Assembly: GCA_003221435.1 (NCBI GenBank)
Contig: QHRS01000051.1
Span: forward strand, 1 to 33,878
Length of the DNA: 33,878 nucleotides
Source: Candidatus Rokuibacteriota bacterium
GTDB lineage: Bacteria > Methylomirabilota > Methylomirabilia > Rokubacteriales > CSP1-6
Reading direction: 5' to 3'
A program made the position numbers and the translations under genes. Below the pieces are notes generated by a model. That model had not been told where the DNA came from, did no database searches, and saw nothing but the letters and a program-made list of their open reading frames with translations. Positions 7,886-16,882 of the stretch are shown here, in pieces (the stretch's first letter is position 1; each line of letters begins with the position of its first letter).

Positions 7886-9713
7886 CGAGCGCCTGGCTCG
7901 AGAGCCGCTGCTCTGCGACGGGGCCATGGGGACGCTCCTCTACGCGCGAGGCGTCCCGCTCGACGCCTGCTTCGACGAGCTGAACATGAACAATCCCGCG
8001 CTCGTTCAGGCGATTCACGCCGAGTACATCGCGGCGGGCGCGGACTGCATCGAGACCAACACCTTCGGCGCCAACCGGTTCAAGCTGGCGATCCACGGCC
8101 TCGAGGCGCGGGTGCGCGAGATCAACCTGCGCGGCGTCAAGCTCGCGCGCGACGTGCGCGAGACGATGGGGCGTGACGTGCTGGTCCTGGGCGCGGTGGG
8201 GCCGCTCGGCAAGTACCTGGCGCCGCTGGGAGCCCTCACCGAGGGCGAGGCGCGCACCGCGTTCCGCGAGCAGGCGGAAGGCCTCCTCGAGGGGGGCGTG
8301 GACGGGTTCGTCGTCGAAACGATGTCGGACCTGGGCGAGATGGCGCTCGCCGTGGAGGCGATCCGGGCCGTGACCGACCTGCCGATCATCGCCGAGGTCG
8401 CGTTCACGGACGAGGGCGTCACGTTCCTCGGCCGCACACCGGCCGAGGTGGCGCGGGCACTCTGCGCGCTGCCGGTCCAGGCGATCGGCGCGAACTGCTC
8501 GGTCGGGTCGAGCACACTCTACGAAGTGCTCGAGCAGATTCGCCCTGAAGCCGGCGCCCGCCCGATCGCCATCCAGCCGAATGCCGGCCTCCCGAGTCGC
8601 GTCGGCGAGCGGCTCATCTACCTCTCGTCGCCGGCCTACATGGCCGATTACGCCGCCCGCATGCTCGCCGCGGGCGCCCGCCTGGTCGGTGGATGCTGCG
8701 GCACCACGCCCGAGCACATCAGCGCGATGCGCAAGGTGATGGATCGCGCGCCGTTGGCGCGGTCCGCGGGACGGGTGGAGGCGCCCGCCCGGACGCGAAG
8801 CGAAAGCGCGCCGGCACTCCGAACGGCTGCGCCCCCGACGCTCCTCCAGCGAAAGCTCGAGGCGGGTGAGTTCGTCGTGACCGTGGAGCTTGATCCGCCG
8901 CGGGGTCACAACATCGAGAAGCTCGTCCAGGGCGCGAAGCTCCTCAAGGAGCGGGGCGCGGAGATCGTCGACATCAACGACGGGTCGCTCGGCCGCATTC
9001 GCATGGCGGTGCTGCCGACGGGGGTGCTGGTGCGGGAGTCGACCGGGCTCGAGATCAACATGCACTTCACGTGTCGAGACCGGAACCTCATGGGGATCCA
9101 GGCCGACCTCCTCGGCGCCCACGCGCTCGACGTGCGCAACATTCTGGCGATGACGGGCGATCCACCGCGCACCGGGGACTACGTCAACGCCACGGCCGTG
9201 TTCGACGTGGACGCGATCGGGCTGATCGGCATTCTCCAGCGGATGAACCAGGGGCTCGACGCGACCGGCAACAGCATCGGCGAGCCGACGGCGTTCTGCG
9301 TCGGCGCCGCGCTGGATCCGGCCGCCGCGGAGCCCCGGCTGGAGATCGAGCGCATGCGGAAGAAGATCGAAGCGGGCGCGCGATGGTTCCAGACCCAGCC
9401 GGTCTACGACCTCGAGGGTCTCGACGATTTCCTCGCGCGCGCCGGCGCGCCGAGGGTGCCCGTGCTCGTCGGGGTCATGCCGCTGCACAGCTCGCGCCAC
9501 GCGGAGTTCCTGCACAACGAGGTGCCCGGCATCACGATTCCCGACCGAGTCCGCGCCCGCATGCGCGAGGCCGGGGACAGGGGGCTCGCGGCAGGCATCG
9601 AGATGGCCCAGGAGACTCTCCGGCTGGTCCGCCGGCGATACGCCGGCGCCTACCTGATGCCGTCCTTCGGCCGTTACGAGGTCGTCGCGGAAGTTCTGGA
9701 CGCATTGCGGTGA
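7869..9713 (+). CDS. Bifunctional homocysteine S-methyltransferase / 5,10-methylenetetrahydrofolate reductase (YitJ-like fusion)
   Basis: Start at ATG 7869 (MAHALDERLAREPLLCDGAMGTLLY), overlapping aroK by 17 nt. N-terminal half: ETNTFGAN, GANCSVG, GGCCGTTPEHI. C-terminal half is MTHFR-like: FVVTVELDPPRG, DINDG, HFTCRDRN, LAMTGDPP, FQTQPVYD, VGVMPL. Confidence 0.88.
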   Translation: MAHALDERLAREPLLCDGAMGTLLYARGVPLDACFDELNMNNPALVQAIHAEYIAAGADCIETNTFGANRFKLAIHGLEARVREINLRGVKLARDVRETMGRDVLVLGAVGPLGKYLAPLGALTEGEARTAFREQAEGLLEGGVDGFVVETMSDLGEMALAVEAIRAVTDLPIIAEVAFTDEGVTFLGRTPAEVARALCALPVQAIGANCSVGSSTLYEVLEQIRPEAGARPIAIQPNAGLPSRVGERLIYLSSPAYMADYAARMLAAGARLVGGCCGTTPEHISAMRKVMDRAPLARSAGRVEAPARTRSESAPALRTAAPPTLLQRKLEAGEFVVTVELDPPRGHNIEKLVQGAKLLKERGAEIVDINDGSLGRIRMAVLPTGVLVRESTGLEINMHFTCRDRNLMGIQADLLGAHALDVRNILAMTGDPPRTGDYVNATAVFDVDAIGLIGILQRMNQGLDATGNSIGEPTAFCVGAALDPAAAEPRLEIERMRKKIEAGARWFQTQPVYDLEGLDDFLARAGAPRVPVLVGVMPLHSSRHAEFLHNEVPGITIPDRVRARMREAGDRGLAAGIEMAQETLRLVRRRYAGAYLMPSFGRYEVVAEVLDALR

Positions 9714-9836
9714 TCACGCCTGAGAACGCGCGGCCAGATTACGCTGGGGCAACGTTCCGGCGGGGTGCGGGCGTGGCGCCAGCCCGGGTGCCCGCACCCT
9801 GATGAACATCGTGGCCGAGGTGCGGGACGCATTGCG

Positions 9837-11105
9837 ATGATCATGACGCTTCCGACGGTCACGGAAGCGACCCGCCGGATCCGCGAGGGCACGCTCTCGC
9901 CGGTCGAGATCCTCGAGAGCTGCTTGGCGCGGATCCGGGCGGTGGAGTCGACGCTTCGAGCCTGGGTTCATCTCGACGAAGCGGGCGCCCGCACGGTCGC
10001 GCGCGAGCGCGCGCAGGAGGCGGAGGCCGGGAGGTTCCGCGGGCCGCTCCACGGCATCCCGGTGGGTATCAAGGATATCTTCCACATCGCCGGGATGCCG
10101 ACGACGGCAGGCGCGGGTCCGTTCGCTCACGAAGCGCCGACGGAGGACTCGACGGCCGCGCAGCGCTTGCGGGTGGCAGGGGCCGTCATCCTCGGCAAGA
10201 CCGCGACCACCGAGTTCGCGCACAGAGATCCCGCCGAGACGCGCAATCCCTGGAACCGCGAGCATACTCCCGGTGGATCCTCGAGCGGCTCCGCGCTGGC
10301 GCTCGGAACGCAGACGGCCGGCTCGGTCCTGCGGCCGGCCGCCTACTGCGGCATCGTGGGAGTGAAGCCGACGCACGGCCTGGTGCCGACGGCGGGAGTC
10401 ATCCCGCTGGCGTGGAGCCTCGATCACGTCGGGTGCTTGGCCCGCTCCGTCGCCGACGTCACACTCGGCCTTGGCGTGCTGGCAGGCCGTGAGCTGCGAG
10501 CGACGGCCGCGCCGCCCGCGATCGGGGTCCCGGTGGCCTGGGTCGAACGGGCCGAGCCCGAGGTAGCGGAGCATGTGCGGCAAGTCGCGGCGCAATTCGC
10601 CAAGGCCGGCGCGCGAGTCGAGGAGACCACGCTGCCGCCTTCGGTCGGCCGGATCGACGACGCCGGCCGCAACGTCATGCGAGTGGAGGCCGCCGCCTAC
10701 CACACCGAGCGGTTCGGCTCGGATCTCTCACACCACCGCGCGGGGATTGCCGAACTGATCCGGTCAGGGCTCGCGCTGCCGGCCGTGGAATATGTTCGCG
10801 CGAACCGCGCCCGCCTCCAATTTCGTGCCGAGACAGCGCCCCTATTCGAGCGCTACCAGGTCCTGCTGACTCCGGTTGCCCCTGCGCCCGCGCCCAAGGG
10901 GCTCGCGTCGACGGGGGATCCGTCGTTCTGCGCGCCCTGGAGCTTCATCGGCGTTCCCGCGATCGCGCTGCCGAGCGGGATCGCGGGGAGCGGGCTACCG
11001 CTGGGGGTTCAACTCATCGCCGGTGCGCACCGCGACGAGGACCTGCTCGGGGCGGCGGCCTGGTGCGAGGGGGTGCTCGGCTTCACAGCGGCTCCGACCG
11101 TTTGA
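9837..11105 (+). CDS. Amidase-signature (AS) family amidase, with an unusually short signature loop
   Basis: Start ATG 9837 (MIMTLPTVTEATRRIREGTLSPVEILE). GIPVGIKD (Lys), GGSSSGS (cis-Ser), GTQTAGSVLRPAAYCGIVGVKPTHG (nucleophile Ser). Confidence 0.8.
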   Translation: MIMTLPTVTEATRRIREGTLSPVEILESCLARIRAVESTLRAWVHLDEAGARTVARERAQEAEAGRFRGPLHGIPVGIKDIFHIAGMPTTAGAGPFAHEAPTEDSTAAQRLRVAGAVILGKTATTEFAHRDPAETRNPWNREHTPGGSSSGSALALGTQTAGSVLRPAAYCGIVGVKPTHGLVPTAGVIPLAWSLDHVGCLARSVADVTLGLGVLAGRELRATAAPPAIGVPVAWVERAEPEVAEHVRQVAAQFAKAGARVEETTLPPSVGRIDDAGRNVMRVEAAAYHTERFGSDLSHHRAGIAELIRSGLALPAVEYVRANRARLQFRAETAPLFERYQVLLTPVAPAPAPKGLASTGDPSFCAPWSFIGVPAIALPSGIAGSGLPLGVQLIAGAHRDEDLLGAAAWCEGVLGFTAAPTV

Positions 11106-11132
11106 ATTCTGGCGTGAGGGGCCCGGCAGCGC

Positions 11133-11161
11133 TTTGCAGACCCCGGACAGGGGTGTACACT
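11133..11161 (+). promoter_or_regulatory. Candidate promoter TTTGCA-17 nt-TACACT for the RRM-protein gene
   Basis: TTTGCA at 11133-11138 and TACACT at 11156-11161 with an exact 17-nt spacer. This predicts a roughly 100-nt 5' UTR with a 9-bp hairpin (11210-11218 / 11239-11247) and an AGGAGG SD at 11257-11262. Confidence 0.4.
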
Positions 11162-11269
11162 ATGGGTGTCTGTTCCGCATGGTTCGGACCTCGCCTCCGA
11201 TAGAGTCGGCTCTTCCGCCTTTCGGGGCGTGTACGGTAGCGGAAGAGGATCGATTCAGGAGGCGCTCTC

Positions 11270-11650
11270 ATGGCAGCAAAACTGTATATCGGTGGCCTGT
11301 CGTACTCCACGACCAGCGAAGGGCTTCGCGAGTTCTTCGCCCAGTGCGGGACCGTCGAGTCCGCGACCGTCATCACGGACCGTTTCTCCGGACAATCCCG
11401 GGGCTTTGGCTTCGTCGAGATGAGCTCGGCCGAGGACGCCCAGAAAGCGATCGCCCAGCTCAATGGGCGTGAGCTCGACGGCCGGCGCTTGACCGTGGCG
11501 GTCTCGAACCCGCAGGCCCCGCGCACCGGTGGCGGGCGTCCAGGCGGTGGCGGCGGTCGGCGTCCCGGCGGCGGTGGTGGCCGCGGGCCCGGTGGTGGTG
11601 GCCGCGAAAGTGGCTACGCCCACCGTCCCTCCAAGCCGGTTCGCTGGTAA
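11270..11650 (+). CDS. RRM (RNP-1/RNP-2) RNA-binding protein with Arg/Gly-rich tail
   Basis: 126 aa. RNP-2 LYIGGL and RNP-1 RGFGFVEM. The tail is GGGRPGGGGGRRPGGGGGRGPGGGGRE. Good SD. Confidence 0.92.
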   Translation: MAAKLYIGGLSYSTTSEGLREFFAQCGTVESATVITDRFSGQSRGFGFVEMSSAEDAQKAIAQLNGRELDGRRLTVAVSNPQAPRTGGGRPGGGGGRRPGGGGGRGPGGGGRESGYAHRPSKPVRW

Positions 11651-11788
11651 GAACCTCGGCGGGGGGCTTCGCCCCCCTTCCGAACCTCTCCCCGGAGTTG
11701 CGCCGCCGGAGCCGGTGCTTGATAGCTCGGCTGGGGGCTTCGCTCCCCGTCCGAACCTCCCCCCGGGCGGAGCCGGCGCTCGACGAAG
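11651..11788 (-). repeat. Repeat family A, two degenerate tandem units in inverse orientation
   Basis: GGCGGGGGGCTTCGCCCCCCTTCCGAACCTC... and GGCTGGGGGCTTCGCTCCCCGTCCGAACCTCCCCCCGGGCGGAGCCGGCGCTCGA match the reverse complement of the H3..H1 modules. They sit between convergent genes. Confidence 0.65.
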
Positions 11789-11846
11789 CAACGGCGTGGG
11801 ATCCCTCACCACGCCGTTTTCGTGTTAGTCCGCGGGCCGGACGGCG

Positions 11847-13640
11847 TTATCCGAAGAGGCGGTCCGACCGTGGCGGGATCTCGCACGACGTCGACAGAAT
11901 GAAGCCCGAATACTTTGCCGCCGCGTCGACGCAGCGCTTGACGTCAGCCTCCATCGCCTGCTTCGTGGTCTTCTCGAACTTCGTCGCGTCCACGTTCCCG
12001 ATGGCCACGGTCCGTCCCCTGGACACCTCCATGAACCGGACGAGCTGGTCCACGTGGAGATTCGGGTCCGACTGCTGGTCCAGGTCGAACGAGAACGTGC
12101 TGAAGCCGCAGCTGATCACGTCCTCGAAGATCGGGTACGTGGTTCCGCAGATGTGGGTCGTGACGCCGACCTTCTTGGCCTTGAAGTAGTCGACCAGCTC
12201 TTTGTGGTACGGCGCGATGAACTCACGGTAGTTGTCGGGTGACACGAGGCTGATCGAGGCCGTCGGCTCCGAGAAGCTGAGCCCGATCCTGGTCTTGCTG
12301 ATCGCGTCGCCCCAGATCTTGCAGAAGTCGGTCGTGACGCGCATCAGGTCGTGGATGAACCGCGGGTCCTCGAACGTGTCGAGGAGCATGACCTCGGGGT
12401 TGCGCATCAGCATGGCGATCGTCCAGGGACCGACCGCCACGGCGCCGGTCGCCGCCGGCGGGGCCGCCTTCATGAGCGCCTCGCACTGCTCGAGGAAGCC
12501 GGGCAGGCGCGCCGTGCTGTACGGGTCCGGCATCCTGACGTGCGCGAGCTTGCCCTTGTCGTCGCCCAGGACGTGGCCTTCGATCGACGGGACGACATAG
12601 TCCGAGTACTTGACCCTGCACCCGAACGCCTCGGCCTCTTTGGCGAGATCGTTGTAGGCGAGCACCACGTCCGGCTGGAACCGCTCGTAGTAATTCATCA
12701 TGGCCTTGATGGCCCGCGTTGGGCTCGTGCAGTACTCCTCGATCGAAAGCCCGTCGAGCGTCCCCGCGAACGACGCCACGATCGGGTAGACGGGGACCCG
12801 GTCCGCGAACGAGCGTCTGTAGGCCGCGACGACCCGATCGCGGTTCGTGTAGGTCGCTCGGCCATGCTCCACGTCCCAGAGCTTGTTGACTTCCATATAC
12901 TTGGGCGGGAGCTTCGCCTCGTACTCCATGAACTGGGTGATGGGGTAGCGGATGCCGCCGGCGTGGGTGCCGCGCAGCCCCTCGATGATCTCCTCCATGT
13001 GGCTCCACGGGGTCGAGAACGCCATCTCGTGGTCCTGGGTCTGGCCGAAGATGCGGTCGCCCGAGCAGGGTAGGATGACCTGAGGCCGGTCCGTCTTCAT
13101 CACGGTCACGATGATCTCGCTGCAGTCGATGCGGCCGCCGAACGACGACGTCAGCTTGCCGCCGCGCTTCCAGAGCGCCGCCTGCGTGAGCCGCATGACC
13201 TGCGCCGGGTTCGCGTAGATGCACACGACGTGCGGCTCGAACGGCGCCCGGTCGAGCGGCGAGACGAGCAGGCAGGAGAATTCGCCCGGCTCGAACTTGT
13301 CCACCGCCGCCTCAGAGCGCTGGCCGGCTTCCTTCGTCTCGGTGTACATGCCCTCGCAGAGCGTGCCGGAATTGTAGAGGTGCGTGGGCTTGTCGAAGCC
13401 GAGCGCGGTGATCCCGAGCGAGCAGATGTGGTCCTCGCGGGTCAGCGCGATCATCCAGCCGTACCGCCGGGCCATGTCGATGACCTGACAGTTCATGCTG
13501 AGCTTCTTGAAGTCGCGCGCGGGGCGCTTGGCCTTGTCGGGGATCGGCTCGCCCGGCCGGAGCATGCGGATCGCCACCGGAAAGGTCTGCGGCCGGATAT
13601 AGAACTGCAGCTCTTTATCCGCCGTCTTGACGTCGATCAT
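11847..13640 (-). CDS. Fusion protein: N-terminal DUF169 domain plus C-terminal MtaA/MtbA/UroD-family (Zn) methyltransferase domain
   Basis: 597 aa. N-terminal roughly 250 aa are DUF169-like (FPVAIRML...MNCQVIDMARRYG...TREDHICSLGITALGF...GGRIDCSEII). The C-terminal roughly 340 aa are URO-D fold (NRDRVVAAYRRSFADRVPVYP, AYNDLAKEAEAFG, GPWTIAMLM) with Zn motif THICGTT and a distal STSCEIPP. Confidence 0.8.
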   Translation of the reverse strand: MIDVKTADKELQFYIRPQTFPVAIRMLRPGEPIPDKAKRPARDFKKLSMNCQVIDMARRYGWMIALTREDHICSLGITALGFDKPTHLYNSGTLCEGMYTETKEAGQRSEAAVDKFEPGEFSCLLVSPLDRAPFEPHVVCIYANPAQVMRLTQAALWKRGGKLTSSFGGRIDCSEIIVTVMKTDRPQVILPCSGDRIFGQTQDHEMAFSTPWSHMEEIIEGLRGTHAGGIRYPITQFMEYEAKLPPKYMEVNKLWDVEHGRATYTNRDRVVAAYRRSFADRVPVYPIVASFAGTLDGLSIEEYCTSPTRAIKAMMNYYERFQPDVVLAYNDLAKEAEAFGCRVKYSDYVVPSIEGHVLGDDKGKLAHVRMPDPYSTARLPGFLEQCEALMKAAPPAATGAVAVGPWTIAMLMRNPEVMLLDTFEDPRFIHDLMRVTTDFCKIWGDAISKTRIGLSFSEPTASISLVSPDNYREFIAPYHKELVDYFKAKKVGVTTHICGTTYPIFEDVISCGFSTFSFDLDQQSDPNLHVDQLVRFMEVSRGRTVAIGNVDATKFEKTTKQAMEADVKRCVDAAAKYSGFILSTSCEIPPRSDRLFG

Positions 13641-13792
13641 GTGCTCCTCCGCTCGTTCCGTCGTCGGCTCGTGCGCGATTCGAGCCTACCCGGGGCGTCG
13701 GGGGGGTGTCAAGCAACCCCCGCCCTCGGTTCAGTCCTTCGACCCCATGAGGTAGACGCACTCGCGCTTGACGTCATCCCAGTGGTTGCCGT

Positions 13793-13950
13793 CCTCCAGG
13801 AGCCTGTCGCAGTAACCGGCTCCGAGCGCCGGCTTTGCCGGCGCAATTCGTTCGAGTGGTCGCCTGCGCGGTGCGGGGCCCAGCCCCGCGAACCGCTCGG
13901 CTCCCCAAACCTGGAGGAGGCTCGGAGGGGGCCGTCGAGGCCCCCTCCGA
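13793..13950 (+). repeat. Repeat family A, full unit (leader module plus H1 plus H2 plus H3)
   Basis: CAGGAGCCTGTCGCAGTAACCGGCTCCGAGCGCCGGCTTTGCCGGCGCAAT...GCGGGGC-CCA-GCCCCGC (13873-13889)...GGAGGGGGCC-GTCGA-GGCCCCCTCC (13924-13948). Confidence 0.85.
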
Positions 13951-13955
13951 TAGGG

Positions 13956-14636
13956 TCATCCCATCAACCCGATGAATGCGGCCAGCGTCGCGGCGCCAGC
14001 ATCGACCGACGGCGCCGGCGCCCGGGGACGCCGGGAAAGGTCATGCGTGCCGCCCTCGATCGGGACGAGGACGGTCGGCGCGGGGATCAACGCGAGCGCC
14101 GATCGCATCTCGTCGAGAGAGCCGAACGGGTCTCGCGAGCCATGCACGAAGAGCGCGCGCACGCGGAGCCTCGGAAAATGCGCGGTCCTGAGCTCCCGAG
14201 GCCGCCGCGGCGGGTGCAGCGGATACGAGAGTAGCAGCAGCCCTGCGGCCAGGTCGGGTTCCTCAGCGGCCAGGATGGTCGCCTGCCGCCCGCCATACGA
14301 ATGCCCGCCCAGGAACACGCGCCCGGGCGCGAGCTTCCGGACCGCCAGGACCGCGCGCCGCAGGCCCTCGCGGTCGTGCGCGGCGGCCGACAACGGCGGC
14401 GGGCCGCTCGAGCGCGCACGGCGGAACGGGAGGTCGGAGCGGAGCACCAGGAACCCCCGGGCGGCAAACGCGCTCGCGATGGCCACGAGGAGCGGCGCCC
14501 GGCAATCCGAGCCGGCTCCGTGCGTCAGGACCAGCGCGTCGCCCGAGGGCGTCGCCGGTCGATGGAGGAACCCGCGCACAGCCGGTCCTCCGGATGGCGC
14601 GTCCTCGAATGGCTCCGCGCTGGATTGGCTCGTCAC
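13956..14636 (-). CDS. Alpha/beta-fold hydrolase (dienelactone-hydrolase / KANL3-Tex30-like)
   Basis: 226 aa with a GTG start. LVLTHGAGSD, nucleophile elbow GGHSYGG, later HGSRDPF and GGTHDL (Ser-Asp-His order). Confidence 0.75.
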   Translation of the reverse strand: MTSQSSAEPFEDAPSGGPAVRGFLHRPATPSGDALVLTHGAGSDCRAPLLVAIASAFAARGFLVLRSDLPFRRARSSGPPPLSAAAHDREGLRRAVLAVRKLAPGRVFLGGHSYGGRQATILAAEEPDLAAGLLLLSYPLHPPRRPRELRTAHFPRLRVRALFVHGSRDPFGSLDEMRSALALIPAPTVLVPIEGGTHDLSRRPRAPAPSVDAGAATLAAFIGLMG

Positions 14637-14645
14637 GTCTTTTCC

Positions 14646-14744
14646 CTAAGAGCCTCTCCGAGAAACCGACTTCGAGCGCCGGCTTTGCCGGCGCAATCCG
14701 GTTTTGGGGGAGGCTCGGAGGGGGCCATCGCGGCCCCCTTCGAT
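14646..14744 (+). repeat. Repeat family A, short unit (leader module plus H1 plus H3, no H2)
   Basis: CTAAGAGCCTCTCCGAGAAACCGACTTCGAGCGCCGGCTTTGCCGGCGCAATCCGGTTTTGGGGGAGGCTCGGAGGGGGCCATCGCGGCCCCCTTCGA. Confidence 0.85.
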
Positions 14745-14960
14745 GCTCGAGTGCCTACCGATGATGCCACAGGCGGGCGGGCGGAGGACCGTTCCGTGCG
14801 GCGCGCAGCGCCGACGGCGGGAACGGGTCACCGCTGCGGTACAATGCTGCGCATGGCGCCGCGCCGTCCTGTCCCCAGTGGAGCGAGTGCCTCACGCGGC
14901 CAACGGGTCCGCCACGACAAGACGTCCTCACGGCTCGGTGAGCAACAAGGAGATCCGTCA

Positions 14961-16388
<1,428 letters not shown>

Positions 16389-16396
16389 CAGCGTCG

Positions 16397-16425
16397 TTTA
16401 CACCGCGGGGCGTGTCCCGTATCAT
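16397..16425 (+). promoter_or_regulatory. Candidate promoter TTTACA-17 nt-TATCAT directly abutting GTG 16435
   Basis: TTTACA at 16397-16402 and TATCAT at 16420-16425. Only 9 nt separate the -10 box from the start codon, and there is no SD. Confidence 0.45.
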
Positions 16426-16434
16426 CGGGCGCCG

Positions 16435-16719
16435 GTGGCGCGCTACCGGATCATCGGCTGGAAGGAAATCCCGTCGCTCGTGGAGGCCTGGGATGCGGAG
16501 CGCACGGTGCGGATGCCGCTGTCGCAACGATTCCAGGACCTGATCGACGCGGTGGCGATGCGCCAGGGCGCCTCCGAGGGCGAGGCGTATCTGGAGGGGT
16601 GGATTCCTGGCCCCGAAGGGGAGCGCCCCGGCGAGGCTCAGCTGGTCGCGGACGCGGTCGCGGCGGAGCTGGAGTCGGCGTTCGGAGACTTCGTCGACCG
16701 CTATCTCGGCGCTCGGTGA
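16435..16719 (+). CDS. Small conserved protein (resembles the so-called virulence-factor family of ~90-aa proteins)
   Basis: 94 aa with high GC3. YRIIGWKEIPSLVEAW...LSQRFQDLIDAVAMRQG...AYLEGW resembles the pattern I recall for that family (Y.I.YWRDIPAQV...RF...ID.AAM...YL..W). The family assignment is from memory only. Confidence 0.6.
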   Translation: MARYRIIGWKEIPSLVEAWDAERTVRMPLSQRFQDLIDAVAMRQGASEGEAYLEGWIPGPEGERPGEAQLVADAVAAELESAFGDFVDRYLGAR

Positions 16720-16882
16720 CATGCGGGCCGGATGAGCGCGCGCGGTTCGAGAAGGGGCGGTAACGGCCAGCCCCATCTCCACGGCGAGATGAACGCTTTG
16801 CGGCCGCGCTCAAGCGGCCGGGGTGCCCTCACGAGCCGCCCTTGTTGCACGACGACGTGTTCTGTCGGCGCTCCGCGCAGAA

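Noticed and set aside
13731-13830. Protein-like C-terminal tail on the minus strand (…GYCDRLLEDGNHWDDVKRECVYLMGSKD-stop) with no start codon, between the hydrolase and the DUF169 fusion gene
   Set aside because: The GYCDRLLE part is encoded by the leader module of the family A repeat; the same DNA recurs at 28505-28534 and 14646-14668. The frame has no ATG/GTG/TTG back to the previous stop. It is most likely chance, or at best a short gene remnant.
14301-14960. 220-codon N-terminal extension of the malic-enzyme ORF (the ORF track starts it at 14301)
   Set aside because: The extension overlaps the hydrolase gene on the other strand and runs through a family A repeat. It is Arg-rich nonsense. 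A strong AAGGAG SD precedes ATG 14961, where the ACT domain begins.
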